This document shows, in pieces, positions 20,118 to 30,882 of a stretch of 44,158 nucleotides of DNA (positions are counted from its first letter, which is position 1; each line of letters starts with the position of its first letter). Both the position numbers and the translations under genes were made by a program. The notes beneath the pieces were generated by a model. It was not told where the DNA came from. It ran no database searches and saw only the letters and a list, made by a program, of their open reading frames with translations. The stretch is from Oscillatoria sp. PCC 10802 (lineage in GTDB: Bacteria; Cyanobacteriota; Cyanobacteriia; Cyanobacteriales; Oscillatoriaceae), in NCBI RefSeq assembly GCF_000332335.1, contig NZ_KB235948.1, positions 2,804,513 through 2,848,670 on the forward strand, in the 5' to 3' direction.

Positions 20118-20446
20118 TCAGGAGATCGTCACGACTTTACCGCTGTCCAAGTCGTAACGGGCCCCAACGATTTTCAGCCTGCCCTGTTTGAGCAACTCAG
20201 CTAGAATGGGTTGAGAGGATTTTAATTGCTCCACAACCAGTTTGACGCGACATACCTTTTATTCCCGTCCATCAATGTTTGCAGGGCTTCGTCAGGGCTG
20301 ATGCCGGCGAGAGAATGATCCTTTGCGGCGACACGTTGATGCCCAACCAGCTGGGCTACCAGGGGAGCTCCCAGAGTTCCGAGACTGGCAGCCGCGAGCA
20401 TTTCCCGGCGGGAAAGCCGTCTCAAATGCTTTCTGTTGTCCATCAT
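20118..20446 (-). pseudogene. Beta-carbonic anhydrase paralog remnant (Tat-signal N-terminus + C-terminal 40 aa; catalytic core deleted)
   Basis: ORF 20222..20446 = MMDNRKHLRRLSRREMLAAASLGTLGA...SPDEALQTLMDGNKRYV (twin-arginine signal; matches GDEALQKLMAGNKRYV of the CA at 22596). In another frame 20118-20235 gives LVVEQLKSSQPILAELLKQGRLKIVGARYDLDSGKVVTIS*, matching the C-terminus of that CA. The CADSR/HERCG core is missing. Confidence 0.75.
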
Positions 20447-20613
20447 TTGCTACCTTGCGCAAATGTTCAGTTAATAGAAGTTTAAATCTACTAGCTGGGA
20501 GGGAGCTGATCCTTAAGGTATCCCTCTTCTGTCACGTTGGGGCAATTTGACGAATTTGCGCTATTTCAGGCAACGACAGATCCGGCTTTCACCCTTGTTT
20601 GAAAAAAGAGGGG

Positions 20614-20797
20614 TATAGCAGTATGCACTTAGGTTAGTACATGGGCATCACGCATGCATGGCATCACGCATGCATGGCATCACGCATGCATGGCATCACG
20701 CAAAAGCTGTGAGTCTTTCCCATGCGCATGAGCCCGATGCGCATGAGCCCCATAAGCCATGTCATTAATGTCTTAACCAATATGACTACTGCTATAG
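20614..20797. repeat. MITE with internal 16-bp tandem repeat (catcacgcatgcatgg x3.5)
   Basis: tatagcagtatgcacttaggttagtacatgggcat ... ccatgtcattaatgtcttaaccaatatgactactgctata. Confidence 0.7.
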
Positions 20798-21077
20798 TCT
20801 TTGCAATTCGCTTTTCTGGGCACCTTCGCCCCAGTGAGCGATCGCTTTATCCAATTTTGAATAAAAAACTCAGAAGGTTAAATTTTACTTAACAAACCTT
20901 TGTAAATGTTTACATTGGGCGGGAGCTTGGTGTTGGGGAGAGAAAGGGGGAGAGGTTCAATCTAAAATTGAACGGCTTCCCCGATCCAAATTTTGTACAT
21001 TATTTATATTGCACAATAAATTTGTTTTAGCGGGCGCGCAAGCACCCGCTCAATAAAAGATTGCCAGAGCTTTTATG

Positions 21078-22445
21078 TCACTCGTTCATATTCCTGTAAG
21101 TTGCCACTGCTGAAGGAGATATGCGGCTCAGATAGCGGAATATCCAATACTTAAAGATGGTATCCAAAATCACCGGAAAAGTGGCAATAAACAAAAAGTT
21201 AAAGTCCCGACTTTCTGGCAGTCCAAGATGTCTGGATATGCCTTCTAGAATCACTTCCCAGCCATGCGGTGAGTGGAACCCCACGAAAATATCTGTCAGA
21301 AGGATAATAATAAACGCTTTAGCACTGTCGCTGAGGCCGTAAATTATCTCGTCCATAAAAGATTTCAAAATAGCGATTTCTCGCTTACTGGTGAAAACTA
21401 CTGTGGCAAAAACAGCCGCCGATATCAGGTCAGCAAAGACATTTTTTATGGCGCTGTTACCTTCGGCTCTGTACTCTTCAGCAATTTCCTCAGCTTTGTG
21501 TTTGACCCGCTCCTCTAGCTCTTCTGTGGAAAGGTGAGGTGCCGCGCCTATTAAAATTTTAAATTTCAGCTGCTCTTCAAACCGCGCCAAATCTTCAAAA
21601 GCTTCTTTCTCGAAATCTTCGTTTATAAAGATTTCCGCTGAACTTTCTTCTCGGAAGTGGTCTACTACCGGCCCGACGAGGAAATTTTTTGAGAGCTGCT
21701 GCGTCAGGAGGGGAATTAGAACAAGCAAGAGGATAAACCTCAGCGAAATAACAGTCTTATTTTTGGAATTGCGGAAATTTTGAATAACTTCCTCTTCTGC
21801 TTTTGGGTCGAGGTCTTTCTTTAGCTTTTGAACGGTTCTCAAGATTGAGCGCGGTAAAAAGCCAGTTTTATCAGAAATTGATTCAGACATTTTTGCGAAT
21901 TTTTCGGCTGAATAAGGGACTGTACTGTTCTGTGAGAGGTAGCCTGATTGGGAAGGCTGCTCGCTCTGGCTGTAAGCTACCAATAAGGAGGGAGATGAGG
22001 GGGGATAAGTCACTGGCACTGGAGAAGTGTACTTAGCCAACACCCCATCAATAAACGTCAGCTTTTCTAAAGTAATAGAAGCTTTCTCTCTCAGCACGAT
22101 ATTAGTTGAATCCTGAAAGGACTCGGAAGAATCAATAGAAAATTCTTTCGGCTGGCCTAACTTGGTAGTGGTCAGAAGTGAGTGGCTAATCTTGAAAGCG
22201 GACAAGTTGAGTCTAGCAATATTGAGGTACTTGGTTAACTGACCCTCAAAATACTGAATGACACTCTCACTGTAGTGAGCTGTTTCTGCTGAAATCTTTT
22301 GGCCGTTAAAATGCTGATCCTCGATTGATTTGATGGTCAGGGCTGCATTGTAAGCTTCCTCCAGGGCTCTCTCTGGTGTTGCGGAAAACCACTTGCTGGC
22401 ATCGCGGAAGTATCCTTGGATGTTTGTGAACTGGGGTTTTTTCAT
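21078..22445 (-). CDS. pxcA: Proton extrusion protein PxcA/CotA (CemA family)
   Basis: 455 aa; C-terminal CemA domain ...FVGFHSPHGWEVILEGISRHLGLPESRDFNFLFIATFPVILDTIFKYWIFRYLSRISPSAVATYRNMNE. Confidence 0.85.
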   Translation of the reverse strand: MKKPQFTNIQGYFRDASKWFSATPERALEEAYNAALTIKSIEDQHFNGQKISAETAHYSESVIQYFEGQLTKYLNIARLNLSAFKISHSLLTTTKLGQPKEFSIDSSESFQDSTNIVLREKASITLEKLTFIDGVLAKYTSPVPVTYPPSSPSLLVAYSQSEQPSQSGYLSQNSTVPYSAEKFAKMSESISDKTGFLPRSILRTVQKLKKDLDPKAEEEVIQNFRNSKNKTVISLRFILLLVLIPLLTQQLSKNFLVGPVVDHFREESSAEIFINEDFEKEAFEDLARFEEQLKFKILIGAAPHLSTEELEERVKHKAEEIAEEYRAEGNSAIKNVFADLISAAVFATVVFTSKREIAILKSFMDEIIYGLSDSAKAFIIILLTDIFVGFHSPHGWEVILEGISRHLGLPESRDFNFLFIATFPVILDTIFKYWIFRYLSRISPSAVATYRNMNE

Positions 22446-22595
22446 GTCGCGGCTTGTCTTGGGGATATAAGGCGTTGCAAGGGAGCGAAAGGAGCGAAGC
22501 CAGAGGGCGAAGATATAAGAGAAGAAGAGAGAGTGTGAGGGGGAGGTGACAACCTGTTTACCCCTAGGATTTTCCCCTCTCTCTTAAGCGCTATC

Positions 22596-23306
22596 TCAAG
22601 GAACCAGCTCTACTTGGCCGGTGGCCAAGTCGTAGCGAGCGCCAACAATTTTCAGCTGGCCCATTTGAACCAAGTCAGCCAAGATGGGTTGGGAAGATTT
22701 CAATTGCTCAACAACCATTATAATATTCGCTTTGACCGCGTTGTCAAGGGCATCACCGGCTTTGCCTTTTGCCTTGTCTACGGCTGGTTTGATGGCATCG
22801 ACAAAACTGAAAATGTGGCCAGGGACTGGCTTGCCGTCTAGCGCCGCCTTCACCGCACCGCACCGTTCGTGCCCCAGCACCATAATTAAAGGCACACCTA
22901 ATACCGCTGTGGCATATTCGATGCTGCCGAGAATAGCGTCGTCCAGGATATTACCCGCCACCCGAATCACAAACAAGTCCCCCAGTCCTTGGTCGAAGAG
23001 AATTTCCGGCGGAACTCGCGAATCAGCACAGCCGAGCAGGATCGCAAAAGGATGCTGGCCTTTTGCAACCTCTGCGAGACGCATTGGCGTCTGGTCTGGA
23101 TAAGTGCGCTTTTGCTCAACATACCGTTTATTCCCTGCCATCAATTTTTGCAAAGCTTCGTCACCCGTGAGTGGGGCGGCTTCTTGTGGTATTGCTGTTT
23201 CAGGAATAACGATTTCGGCCATCGCTATAGCAACTAAACCACTGGCACCAGTTAGCGCCGGTAAATCGGCTTTATAGTTTACCTTTAACTGCTGTGTATT
23301 TGGCAT
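22596..23306 (-). CDS. Beta-class carbonic anhydrase
   Basis: CADSRVPPE and HERCGAV zinc-ligand motifs; 236 aa. Confidence 0.85.
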   Translation of the reverse strand: MPNTQQLKVNYKADLPALTGASGLVAIAMAEIVIPETAIPQEAAPLTGDEALQKLMAGNKRYVEQKRTYPDQTPMRLAEVAKGQHPFAILLGCADSRVPPEILFDQGLGDLFVIRVAGNILDDAILGSIEYATAVLGVPLIMVLGHERCGAVKAALDGKPVPGHIFSFVDAIKPAVDKAKGKAGDALDNAVKANIIMVVEQLKSSQPILADLVQMGQLKIVGARYDLATGQVELVP

Positions 23307-23525
23307 CGTTTGCTGCGAGTTAAAATTTAGCTGTCCCGGGAGGGATGTAATTTATTCTAGGATTTTTTCAGCTGAATCGAGCGGTATTCCGGGAAGTGGA
23401 GAGAAGGGGGGACGCTTTTACGAACCTGTCAAAACAGCCCCCGGGTTGGGCTGCACAGTGGCAGCCCGAGCGGGAGTTAAGTTGGCGGGATCTCAGCGGA
23501 GGTTCCCCCTAAGCGCGAGAGCCGG

Positions 23526-23822
23526 TTAATGGATGATTGACTGCACGTCAGAAAGCAGGCAAACACCGCCAAACTTCTTGAGTAAAGGTCTGATGATTTC
23601 CACAAATTCAGTGGCTTTTTCTTCCGTGCAAATACTCATCACATAACCATTGCTGAACGCGGCACCCATTTCTAAATCATTGGACACGACCCCTCGCTCG
23701 CCCTTACCTGTCACCTCCCGAATGATGGTATAGCCAGAAACGCCCACCTCTTCTAAGGTTGACAGCACTTTTTCCAATTCCAATGAGGTGATGATGATTT
23801 CTACCTTTTTCATCCGGTTCAC
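23526..23822 (-). CDS. sbtB: SbtB, PII-like regulator of the SbtA bicarbonate transporter
   Basis: 98 aa, MKKVEIIITSLELEKVLSTLEEVGVSGYTIIREVTGKGERG... PII-like fold; 4 bp downstream of sbtA. Confidence 0.8.
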   Translation of the reverse strand: MNRMKKVEIIITSLELEKVLSTLEEVGVSGYTIIREVTGKGERGVVSNDLEMGAAFSNGYVMSICTEEKATEFVEIIRPLLKKFGGVCLLSDVQSIIH

Positions 23823-23826
23823 AGTG

Positions 23827-24801
23827 TCAACCTCCCAGGGTTTTAATCATTTCCAAGTACACAGGAATCCCCACTATGATATTAAAGGGGAACGTGATGG
23901 CTAGAGCCATCGAAACGTAGAGACTTGGATTGGCTTCGGGAACGGTCATCCGCATGGCTGCGGGAACCGCTATGTAAGAGGCGCTTGCCGACAGTACGGC
24001 AAACAGAAGAGAATTCCCCTCGGAAAGCCCCATCAATTTTGCGAGCAGGATGCCGATAAGAGCATTCAATACGGGGATGCAGACAGCAAAGCTAATCAGG
24101 AAAGATCCTGTTTTCTTAAGGTCTCTTATCCTTCGGGCAGCAACCATTCCCATGTCCAGCAAAAAGAACGTCAGGACTCCGTAAAAAATTCCTTGGGTGA
24201 ATGGCTGCATCTTCTCCCAGCCTTTCCCCCCTGTCAGCGCTCCTACTAAAACGCTCCCAATCAAAAGAAAGACCGAGCCATTCAGGAAAGCTTCTTTGAA
24301 AACTTCTGACCAAGAAAATTCGGAATTTTCTTCTGTCTTTTTGCCAAAGATCCTGACCAGGAGAATGCCCACAATGATGGCCGGCGATTCCATGAGGGCG
24401 AGAGCGGCTACCATGTAGCCGTCAAAATGAATGCTGAGTTTGTCCAGGAAAGAACTGGCACTGATAAAGGTGACGGCGCTGATTGACCCATAGGTGGCTG
24501 CAATAGCGGCAGCATTATAAACGTCTAGTTTGATTTTGAGGATAAAAAACGTGTAGAGAGGGACAGCACAAGCCATGATGATGGCTGCTAGGAGAGTGAT
24601 GATAATTTCCAGACTGATTCCACTCTCGTCCAGTTCATAGCCTCCCTTGAACCCTATAGCCAGGAGAAGATACAGAGAGAAGAGTTTGGGCAAAGGCTGA
24701 GGGATTTCCAAGTCAGACTTAAGAAAAATCGCCATCATCCCCAGAAAGAAGAAAAGAACCGGCGGGTTCAGAAGGTTGAACAGAATAAGGCTTGAATCCA
24801 T
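23827..24801 (-). CDS. sbtA: SbtA sodium-dependent bicarbonate transporter (DUF897)
   Basis: MDSSLILFNLLNPPVLFFFLGMMAIFLKSDLEIPQPLPKLFSLYLLLAIGFKGGYEL... polytopic; immediately followed by sbtB. Confidence 0.85.
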   Translation of the reverse strand: MDSSLILFNLLNPPVLFFFLGMMAIFLKSDLEIPQPLPKLFSLYLLLAIGFKGGYELDESGISLEIIITLLAAIIMACAVPLYTFFILKIKLDVYNAAAIAATYGSISAVTFISASSFLDKLSIHFDGYMVAALALMESPAIIVGILLVRIFGKKTEENSEFSWSEVFKEAFLNGSVFLLIGSVLVGALTGGKGWEKMQPFTQGIFYGVLTFFLLDMGMVAARRIRDLKKTGSFLISFAVCIPVLNALIGILLAKLMGLSEGNSLLFAVLSASASYIAVPAAMRMTVPEANPSLYVSMALAITFPFNIIVGIPVYLEMIKTLGG

Positions 24802-25141
24802 CTAAGCTCCTAAAATGTGTAGCAATCAACACGGAAAAATATTGGCCAAACGAACCGACTAACTCAGCCCTGACTCAGTTATGACAAATTTATAGGAGTT
24901 AGGCGTGTCGGAGGTATGTCAGTAATATGAATATGCTGTGACACCGGCACTGGCCCAGATCGCTTTCAATCTGGGCCTTCCCCACCCTCACCCGTTGCGG
25001 TGTTCGAGTCTGTGCCGGCGCACCCTTGCGGGCAGGGCTGGCACCGGCGCTCTCATATCCGCCTGTCCCTGAGCCCCACTCACCCCTGCGGTGGGGCGCT
25101 GCCGGTGGGCCTGAACGGAAGCGCCTCTGGGTAAAGAAAAA

Positions 25142-26127
25142 TTACGAATTGCCGGCTGCCGGTCGAGCCGGTGGGGTGAGGGGGAGGCGAATCGTGGAAG
25201 TGGCCCCCTTGCGAGCACTGCTGCTAGCGGCGATCTTCCCGCCGTGCGCTTCCACAATGGGCTGCGCAATGGCCAGCCCCAAGCCGGTGCCGCTGCCTTT
25301 GCGCGAGCGATCTGCCGTGTAAAACTGCTCAAAAAGGTGGGGGAAATCGGCTTCGCTGATGCCGGCTCCCCAATCTTGGATTTGCACAGCCACAAAGCCA
25401 CCTCCCACACTCCCGGAGACGAAAACCTCAGAATCCGGCGCAGAATATTTAATCGCGTTGTCCAGCACATTCAGGAAAGCTTGCAACAGCCGTTCTGGAT
25501 CGCCCTTGAACTCAACGTCGGGAACGTCCAGCTCGAAGCCAGGACTGGCGGCTCGCATGCGGGACTCCATCGCCAGCACGCAGCGATTGAGCAACTGTTG
25601 CAGGCTGACCGGCTGCTCTTGCAGCGGCAGGACACCGGCTTCCAGCCGCCCCAGTTCCAGCAAGTCCTGAATCAGCCGCGACAGGCGGGCTGTTTCCTCC
25701 AGCGCCGTCTGGATGAAGCGGTTCCGCAGCTCTTGCTCCTCACCGGCACCGCTGGAGAGCGCCTCCAGCGTCACTGACCCGTTTCTCATATAAATAAGCC
25801 AATCCTGTGACACATTCGCCAGGAACGACCGCCGCTAAAGCTCCAGCGCCGCCAGGCGCACCTCACTAGAATGAGACGAGGGGTCAAATCGGCGAAATCA
25901 TCGTTTTGAGGGATATTCAGCTTGTCACCCAAATGACCTGCCTCCAGCCGGATGGCAAAGTTGCGCATCGCCTGGATGGGCGTGGCGATGCGGCGGGAGA
26001 ACCACAGGCTCACGCAGGCGCAGAGCGAGAACGTCACCAGCACCGTTCCCAGCACCGTCCAAATCACGGCTTGAAACTGGCGCTGGAACTGGGCGAGGGC
26101 TGACAGCAGCAGGCGATTTGCTAACAT
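25142..26127 (-). pseudogene. Histidine kinase (TM-HAMP-HisKA-HATPase) disrupted by frameshift(s); H-box position reads Q
   Basis: ORF 25786..26127 gives TM + HAMP-like segment, then loses frame. ORF 25142..25813 (GTG start) gives FLANVSQDWLIY... (SQ where SHELRTPL is expected) plus an intact HATPase_c (NAIKYS, DWGAGI, GTGLGLAIAQ). Confidence 0.6.
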
Positions 26128-27069
26128 CTTTCAAATTCTGCTATACTTTGCTCAAGACAGTCGCCTAAACCTGAGAACCATCCGGCAAGTTGCTGCTCTG
26201 AAAAAAGCTCGCTCGCAATGCCTCTTCCTCATCAACCAGTAAGACGTGTTGCATGATGGGTTTACCTTGCCTGCAGTCAGCTACTGTACTTTTAATAGGC
26301 ACCTCCTCTCGATCTCATCCCCCCTCTGGGAGATTTTTGCCTGCCTGTCAGGGAAGGTGACATATTTATTTCATCTCCTATTAATTAGGATTTAATTATT
26401 TCGGCCTCCTTGGGAATGCGATTGAGAGCGGGGCGGATCGGTTTTAAGCTCTTAGGCTTTTAACCTGCTTTTACGTTTAAACGAGGCAGAGCCTACAAAT
26501 TTCGTTTTCAGCTTTATATTGAAACGAAAAATAGAGATACATAATGCAAATAAAATGCGCTATATCTTGCTGTCCGGCAGGCAGCCGGTGCCTGCCGGAT
26601 TGGTGCGGCAGCTGTCGGGAGCGCTGCGGCAGTGTTTCACCAAACACGCCGGTGTGCGGCGATCTCCCCAAAACCCCAGAGGCTTCCCGCAGCCCTATGC
26701 CGGCAGCCGCAGCCCCCCTCGCGCCCCACCGCCTCCATCTACAGGCTGCAGTTGAGAAATTCTCCTACTTTCCATGAAAAAGTGTAAATTTTATGGGAGC
26801 CGGCTAATCTTAATTATTTCTTTATGATTGGCGCGAACCCCTTGTGATATGCGGCGGTCAAGCCGGGGGTGATGTGCCGGGGATCGCCCTTCCTGCGGGC
26901 GATCCCATTGACAGTCGGCACAAATGCTGAGATACTGTAATATATAAGTGAGTCTCGGCTCGCCAAAGGGATACGTTTGGGTGCAGATTGTTAAAAACTG
27001 TAAAGTGGGAGACTTTCTGTCTCATTTTGTAGAGGCTTCGAGAAACAGGTTGAACTGAGAGGTTATAAC

Positions 27070-27249
27070 ATGCACGCAAAACAACAAATCCGCTGCCCCA
27101 ACTGCGGCAGTCATGCTGAGCGCGACTATCTGGCCAGCAGTGAGCTGACTCGGACTCAATGCCCCAGCTGCGATTACTTGATGGTTGCCTGCTCCCGCAC
27201 CGGCAGAGTCAGAGAGGCCTACGCTCCGGGGATCTACGCCCGCCGCTAA
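27070..27249 (+). CDS. Small zinc-ribbon protein (59 aa), not in ORF track
   Basis: MHAKQQIRCPNCGSHAERDYLASSELTRTQCPSCDYLMVACSRTGRVREAYAPGIYARR; two CxxC pairs; GAGAGG 8 nt upstream of ATG. Confidence 0.45.
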   Translation: MHAKQQIRCPNCGSHAERDYLASSELTRTQCPSCDYLMVACSRTGRVREAYAPGIYARR

Positions 27250-27539
27250 GGAACGCCTGCGCAAAACCCCCCTCTGCCACAAGAAACCGTCACAGCCCTT
27301 CCGGATCGGGCTTGGGGAGTGGGGGCGGGGCGGGGCGCGGGTTTGTCAAGCTCCTTCCCTGCGCCACAAATATGCTGTTAGGCTTTTAATGCGCTGATTG
27401 GAGAAAGGAGGCAGTCGCTTCGGAATGGCGCACACCGCCACATCTTTCTTCTTCATTCTTGGCGTCCTTGGCATCTTGGCGGTTCATAATTTTAATAAAC
27501 CGCCAAGACGCAGAGAGCGCCAAGGAAAGAAAAAGAATT

Positions 27540-28610
27540 TCACAAATCATTTACAACTGCTGTGGGAGCTTCGTATCTGCCTCCAGCCCGAGAAGCCCGC
27601 AATTGCCCGCAGGCGGCGTCAGCTTCCAAGCCCCGAGAATAGCGCACGCTCACAGCGATGTTGTGCTTCTTCAAAGCGGCAGTAAAACCTTCAATCCGCT
27701 CGCGGCTGGGGCGCTGGTAGTCAGCTTCGCTGATCGGATTGTAGGGAATCAAATTGACGTGACTCTGAAATCCCCGCACTAGATTAGCGAGTTCTACTGC
27801 GTGTTGCGGCAGATCGCTCACACCGGCAAGCAGGATATATTCAAACGTCAGCCGGCGACCGGTTAGCTTGACATATTCCCGACATTCTGCTATCAGCTCA
27901 TCTAAGCGATAAGCGCGAGCGCTGGGAATGAGCTTTTCCCGCAGCGCCTGATTGGAGGCGTGCAGGCTGACGGCGAGGGTGAATTGCAGTTTGTGTTCTG
28001 CCAGCTTGCGGATGCGATTGCGGATTCCCACCGTGGAAATGGTGATATTTCGCTGCCCAATTCCGATATCTTCGTTAATAGAGCGCACCGCTGCTAGAAC
28101 ACTTTCAGCATTGAGCAAGGGTTCGCCCATGCCCATAAAGACAGTGTGGCTGACGCGCCGGCCAAAGTCTTCCTGAACCGCCAGCACCTGATCGACAATT
28201 TCGTGCGCCGCCAGATTGCGCTTGAAGCCGCCAAAGCCGGTGGCGCAGAAATCGCACGCCATCGGGCAGCCCACCTGGGAGGACACGCATACCGTCAGGC
28301 GTTTGTCTGTGGGGATGCCGACAGTTTCCACAATCAAGCCATCCGCCAGCTTCAGGAGATATTTGACTGTGCCGTCTGGGGCAACTGAGCGGTAGTGTGT
28401 GGCAGACCGGCCAATAGGGACATCCGCCACAGTTTCCCGCCACTGTTTGGGGAAAACGGTAATCTCCGCCAGCGAGCGAGCGCCTTTTTCATAGATCCAC
28501 TGGTGCAGCTGCTTGCCCCGGTAAGCCGGTTGCCCCTGCTGCTGCGCCCATTCGGTTAATTCTGCAAGAGTTGCCCCCAACAGCGGGGTCGGGGGTGTTT
28601 GAACTGCTAA
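27540..28610 (-). CDS. rlmN: 23S rRNA (adenine2503-C2)-methyltransferase RlmN (radical SAM)
   Basis: [18 protein letters not shown] radical-SAM cluster, [17 protein letters not shown]; the ORF track extends to 28652, but Met at 28610 fits the RlmN N-terminus. Confidence 0.9.
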   Translation of the reverse strand, partial: LAVQTPPTPLLGATLAELTEWAQQQGQPAYRGKQLHQWIYEKGARSLAEITVFPKQWRETVADVPIGRSATHYRSVAPDGTVKYLLKLADGLIVETVGIPTDKRLTVCVSSQVGCPMACDFCATGFGGFKRNLAAHEIVDQVLAVQEDFGRRVSHTVFMGMGEPLLNAESVLAAVRSINEDIGIGQRNITISTVGIRNRIRKLAEHKLQFTLAVSLHASNQALREKLIPSARAYRLDELIAECREYVKLTGRRLTFEYILLAGVSDLPQHAVELANLVRGFQSHVNLIPYNPISEADYQRPSRERIEGFTAALKKHNIAVSVRYSRGLEADAACGQLRASRAGGRYEAPTAVVNDL

Positions 28611-28752
28611 CATAAAAGTGTGCCGGCTACTGATCCATTTACATGATGACATTTTGAGCCGATAAACGCTGAGTTAACCCAAATTCAGACTTTCTTAACT
28701 GTTTGCCTAATGGGAATTTCAATCCAAAACTCCGCACCCTGTCTGGGATCAG

Positions 28753-29008
28753 ATATAGCAGTAGGCACTTAGGGAAAGGACTTGGGGTTTAACATGATGT
28801 AGGGGCGGGAACACCGACAAAGAGTGCCACACAGGTACAACACCGATAAACCCGCCCCTAACCTCTGATATAGCAGCCGGCAATTGGGCCATAGCGTGTC
28901 CTATGTCCTACCCAATATGACTGCTGCTATACTGCTCTATAGACGTATGTACGGCGTCCGCCGAGCCTGAAGGTTTAATGTCCTAATCTAAGTGGCTAGT
29001 GCTATACT
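28753..29008. repeat. MITE cluster (three nested/adjacent elements)
   Basis: atatagcagtaggcacttagg ... ccaatatgactgctgctata; tatagacgtatgtacggcgtccgccgagcctgaaggtttaatgtcctaatctaagtggctagtgctata. Confidence 0.7.
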
Positions 29009-29217
29009 TTATCTTTTTCTGCTGCAAGATGTTTATAATTTTCTAACAAAGTTGAGCGTGGCGCAGACAAAGGGCAGCCTTTTCTCCCCCGCTGCCGGTG
29101 GCGGAAATCACTGAAGCGCCTGTCATTTAAGTGACAGCCCTACGCCCCAATTGGGAGAGAGAACCTCTCCGACTTCCGCACCCCAGTAACCCAGACCTGT
29201 AGCTGCCCCACAGCCAA

Positions 29218-30579
29218 TTAACTCGCCTTCAGCGCTGCGTGAGCTATCCGCACGATGGGAATCTCAATAACAAACTCTGCCCCCTGTCCGAGTTGCGAGC
29301 AACACTTCAGTTGCCCGCCGTGCTTTTGCACAATAATATCATAGCTGATAGACAGTCCCAAGCCGGTGCCTTCGCCCACCGGCTTAGTAGTGAAGAAGGG
29401 GTCAAATAGCTGTCCCATAACATCAATATCTATCCCGGGCCCATTATCTTTGATACTGATTCTCACCCAATCCCGGTTCAGAACTTGGGTGCGAATGGTA
29501 ATGGTACTGGGGCTGTTTTTAATCTCGTCTGAGGAGCGTGTCTTATCGCGCTCGTTCAGGGCGTCAATTGCATTGCTGAGGAGGTTCATAAAGACCTGAT
29601 TCAAAGAGCCGGCATAGCATTCGACTGCCGGCAAATCCCCGTATTCTTTGACGATTTGAATAGCGGGACTCTCAGGCTTTGCCTTGAGCCGATTGTGCAA
29701 AATCACTAGAGTGCTGTCGATGCCCTCATGAATGCTGACCGGCTTCATTTCAGCTTGGTCAACCCGGGAGAATGTGCGCAACGTCATCACAATCTGGCGG
29801 ATGCGCTCAGCTCCCACTTTCATAGAGCACAGCATTTTGGGGAGATCCTCTCTAAGAAAATCAAGCTCAGTCTCCTCAATTAAAGCTAGGATTTTAGGGT
29901 CAGGATTGACATAGCACTGCTGGTAGAGGTCGATTAAATCCAGGAGAGCCTGAGTGTAGTCCCCAACATAGCTGAGGTTGCCGTAGATGAAGTTGACGGG
30001 GTTGTTAATTTCGTGGGCGACACCGGCAACCAGCTGCCCTAAGCTCGACATTTTCTCGTTCTGAATCAGCTGAGCTTGAGTGCGCTGCAAATCTTGCAAA
30101 ACTCGTTGCAGCTGAATCGCTTTTTCGCGCTCTCGCGCTTCCGATTGCCGCAACTCCTCCTCTTGTTCTTGCCGCAAGCGCAGGTTTTCTTTCAGCTGTC
30201 GCACGCAGTTCAGGGTTTTGCTGATAGTAATTTCTAAATCCTGAAAATCTATGGGCTTGGTGAGAAAGTCAAATGCCCCGCAGTTCATTGCCTTTCTGAT
30301 ATTTGCCATGTCGCTATAGGCGGAAACTACCACTGTTTTAATCAGCGGCGCTATCTCATTCAGTTTAGCCAGCAAAGTCAAACCATCCATAACCGGCATA
30401 TTCAGGTCGGTCAGCACCATGTCGAGGTCGGGGTTATCTCGCACCTTTTCCAGCGCTTCTGCGCCATTGCGGGCAAAAACCAGCTCCAATTCGCCGGTGC
30501 GAATCTTTTTTCTATATTTTTGGCAAATCAGAAGTTCTAAATCCGGCTCGTCATCCACAAAGAGTATTTTAGCTGCCAC
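29218..30579 (-). CDS. Hybrid response regulator / histidine kinase (REC-coiled coil-HisKA-HATPase_c)
   Basis: N-terminal receiver (ILFVDDEPD...[12 protein letters not shown]...KP), H-box [13 protein letters not shown], HATPase KDNGPGID...[14 protein letters not shown]. Confidence 0.85.
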   Translation of the reverse strand: MAAKILFVDDEPDLELLICQKYRKKIRTGELELVFARNGAEALEKVRDNPDLDMVLTDLNMPVMDGLTLLAKLNEIAPLIKTVVVSAYSDMANIRKAMNCGAFDFLTKPIDFQDLEITISKTLNCVRQLKENLRLRQEQEEELRQSEAREREKAIQLQRVLQDLQRTQAQLIQNEKMSSLGQLVAGVAHEINNPVNFIYGNLSYVGDYTQALLDLIDLYQQCYVNPDPKILALIEETELDFLREDLPKMLCSMKVGAERIRQIVMTLRTFSRVDQAEMKPVSIHEGIDSTLVILHNRLKAKPESPAIQIVKEYGDLPAVECYAGSLNQVFMNLLSNAIDALNERDKTRSSDEIKNSPSTITIRTQVLNRDWVRISIKDNGPGIDIDVMGQLFDPFFTTKPVGEGTGLGLSISYDIIVQKHGGQLKCCSQLGQGAEFVIEIPIVRIAHAALKAS

Positions 30580-30613
30580 AGCACTTATCCTTTTTTGGAT
30601 TTTCTTTAATAAT

Positions 30614-30777
30614 TATAGCAGCAGTCATATGGGTTAAGACAATAGGAGCTTCGGGAGCTCTGGAGCAAGGGAGGCCGGAATGTACCTTCCCTAAATGCCT
30701 ACTGCTATATAGACGTAGGGGGGGCGTCCCGCCCCCCTGAAGGTCTAATGTCCTAATCTAAGTGGCTACTGCTATAT
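30614..30777. repeat. MITE pair inserted between the hybrid kinase and the CheY-like gene
   Basis: tatagcagcagtcatatgggttaag ... tatagacgtagggggggcgtcccgcccccctgaaggtctaatgtcctaatctaagtggctactgctata. Confidence 0.7.
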
Positions 30778-30882
30778 ATCATTTGCTGGCTATTCCAACC
30801 CGTAAAAACGATTCTTTTGGAAAAAGTTTCGCTCAACTGATCGGGACGATCCGGGGGGCAGATAGGTGGGGATTATAGGGGC

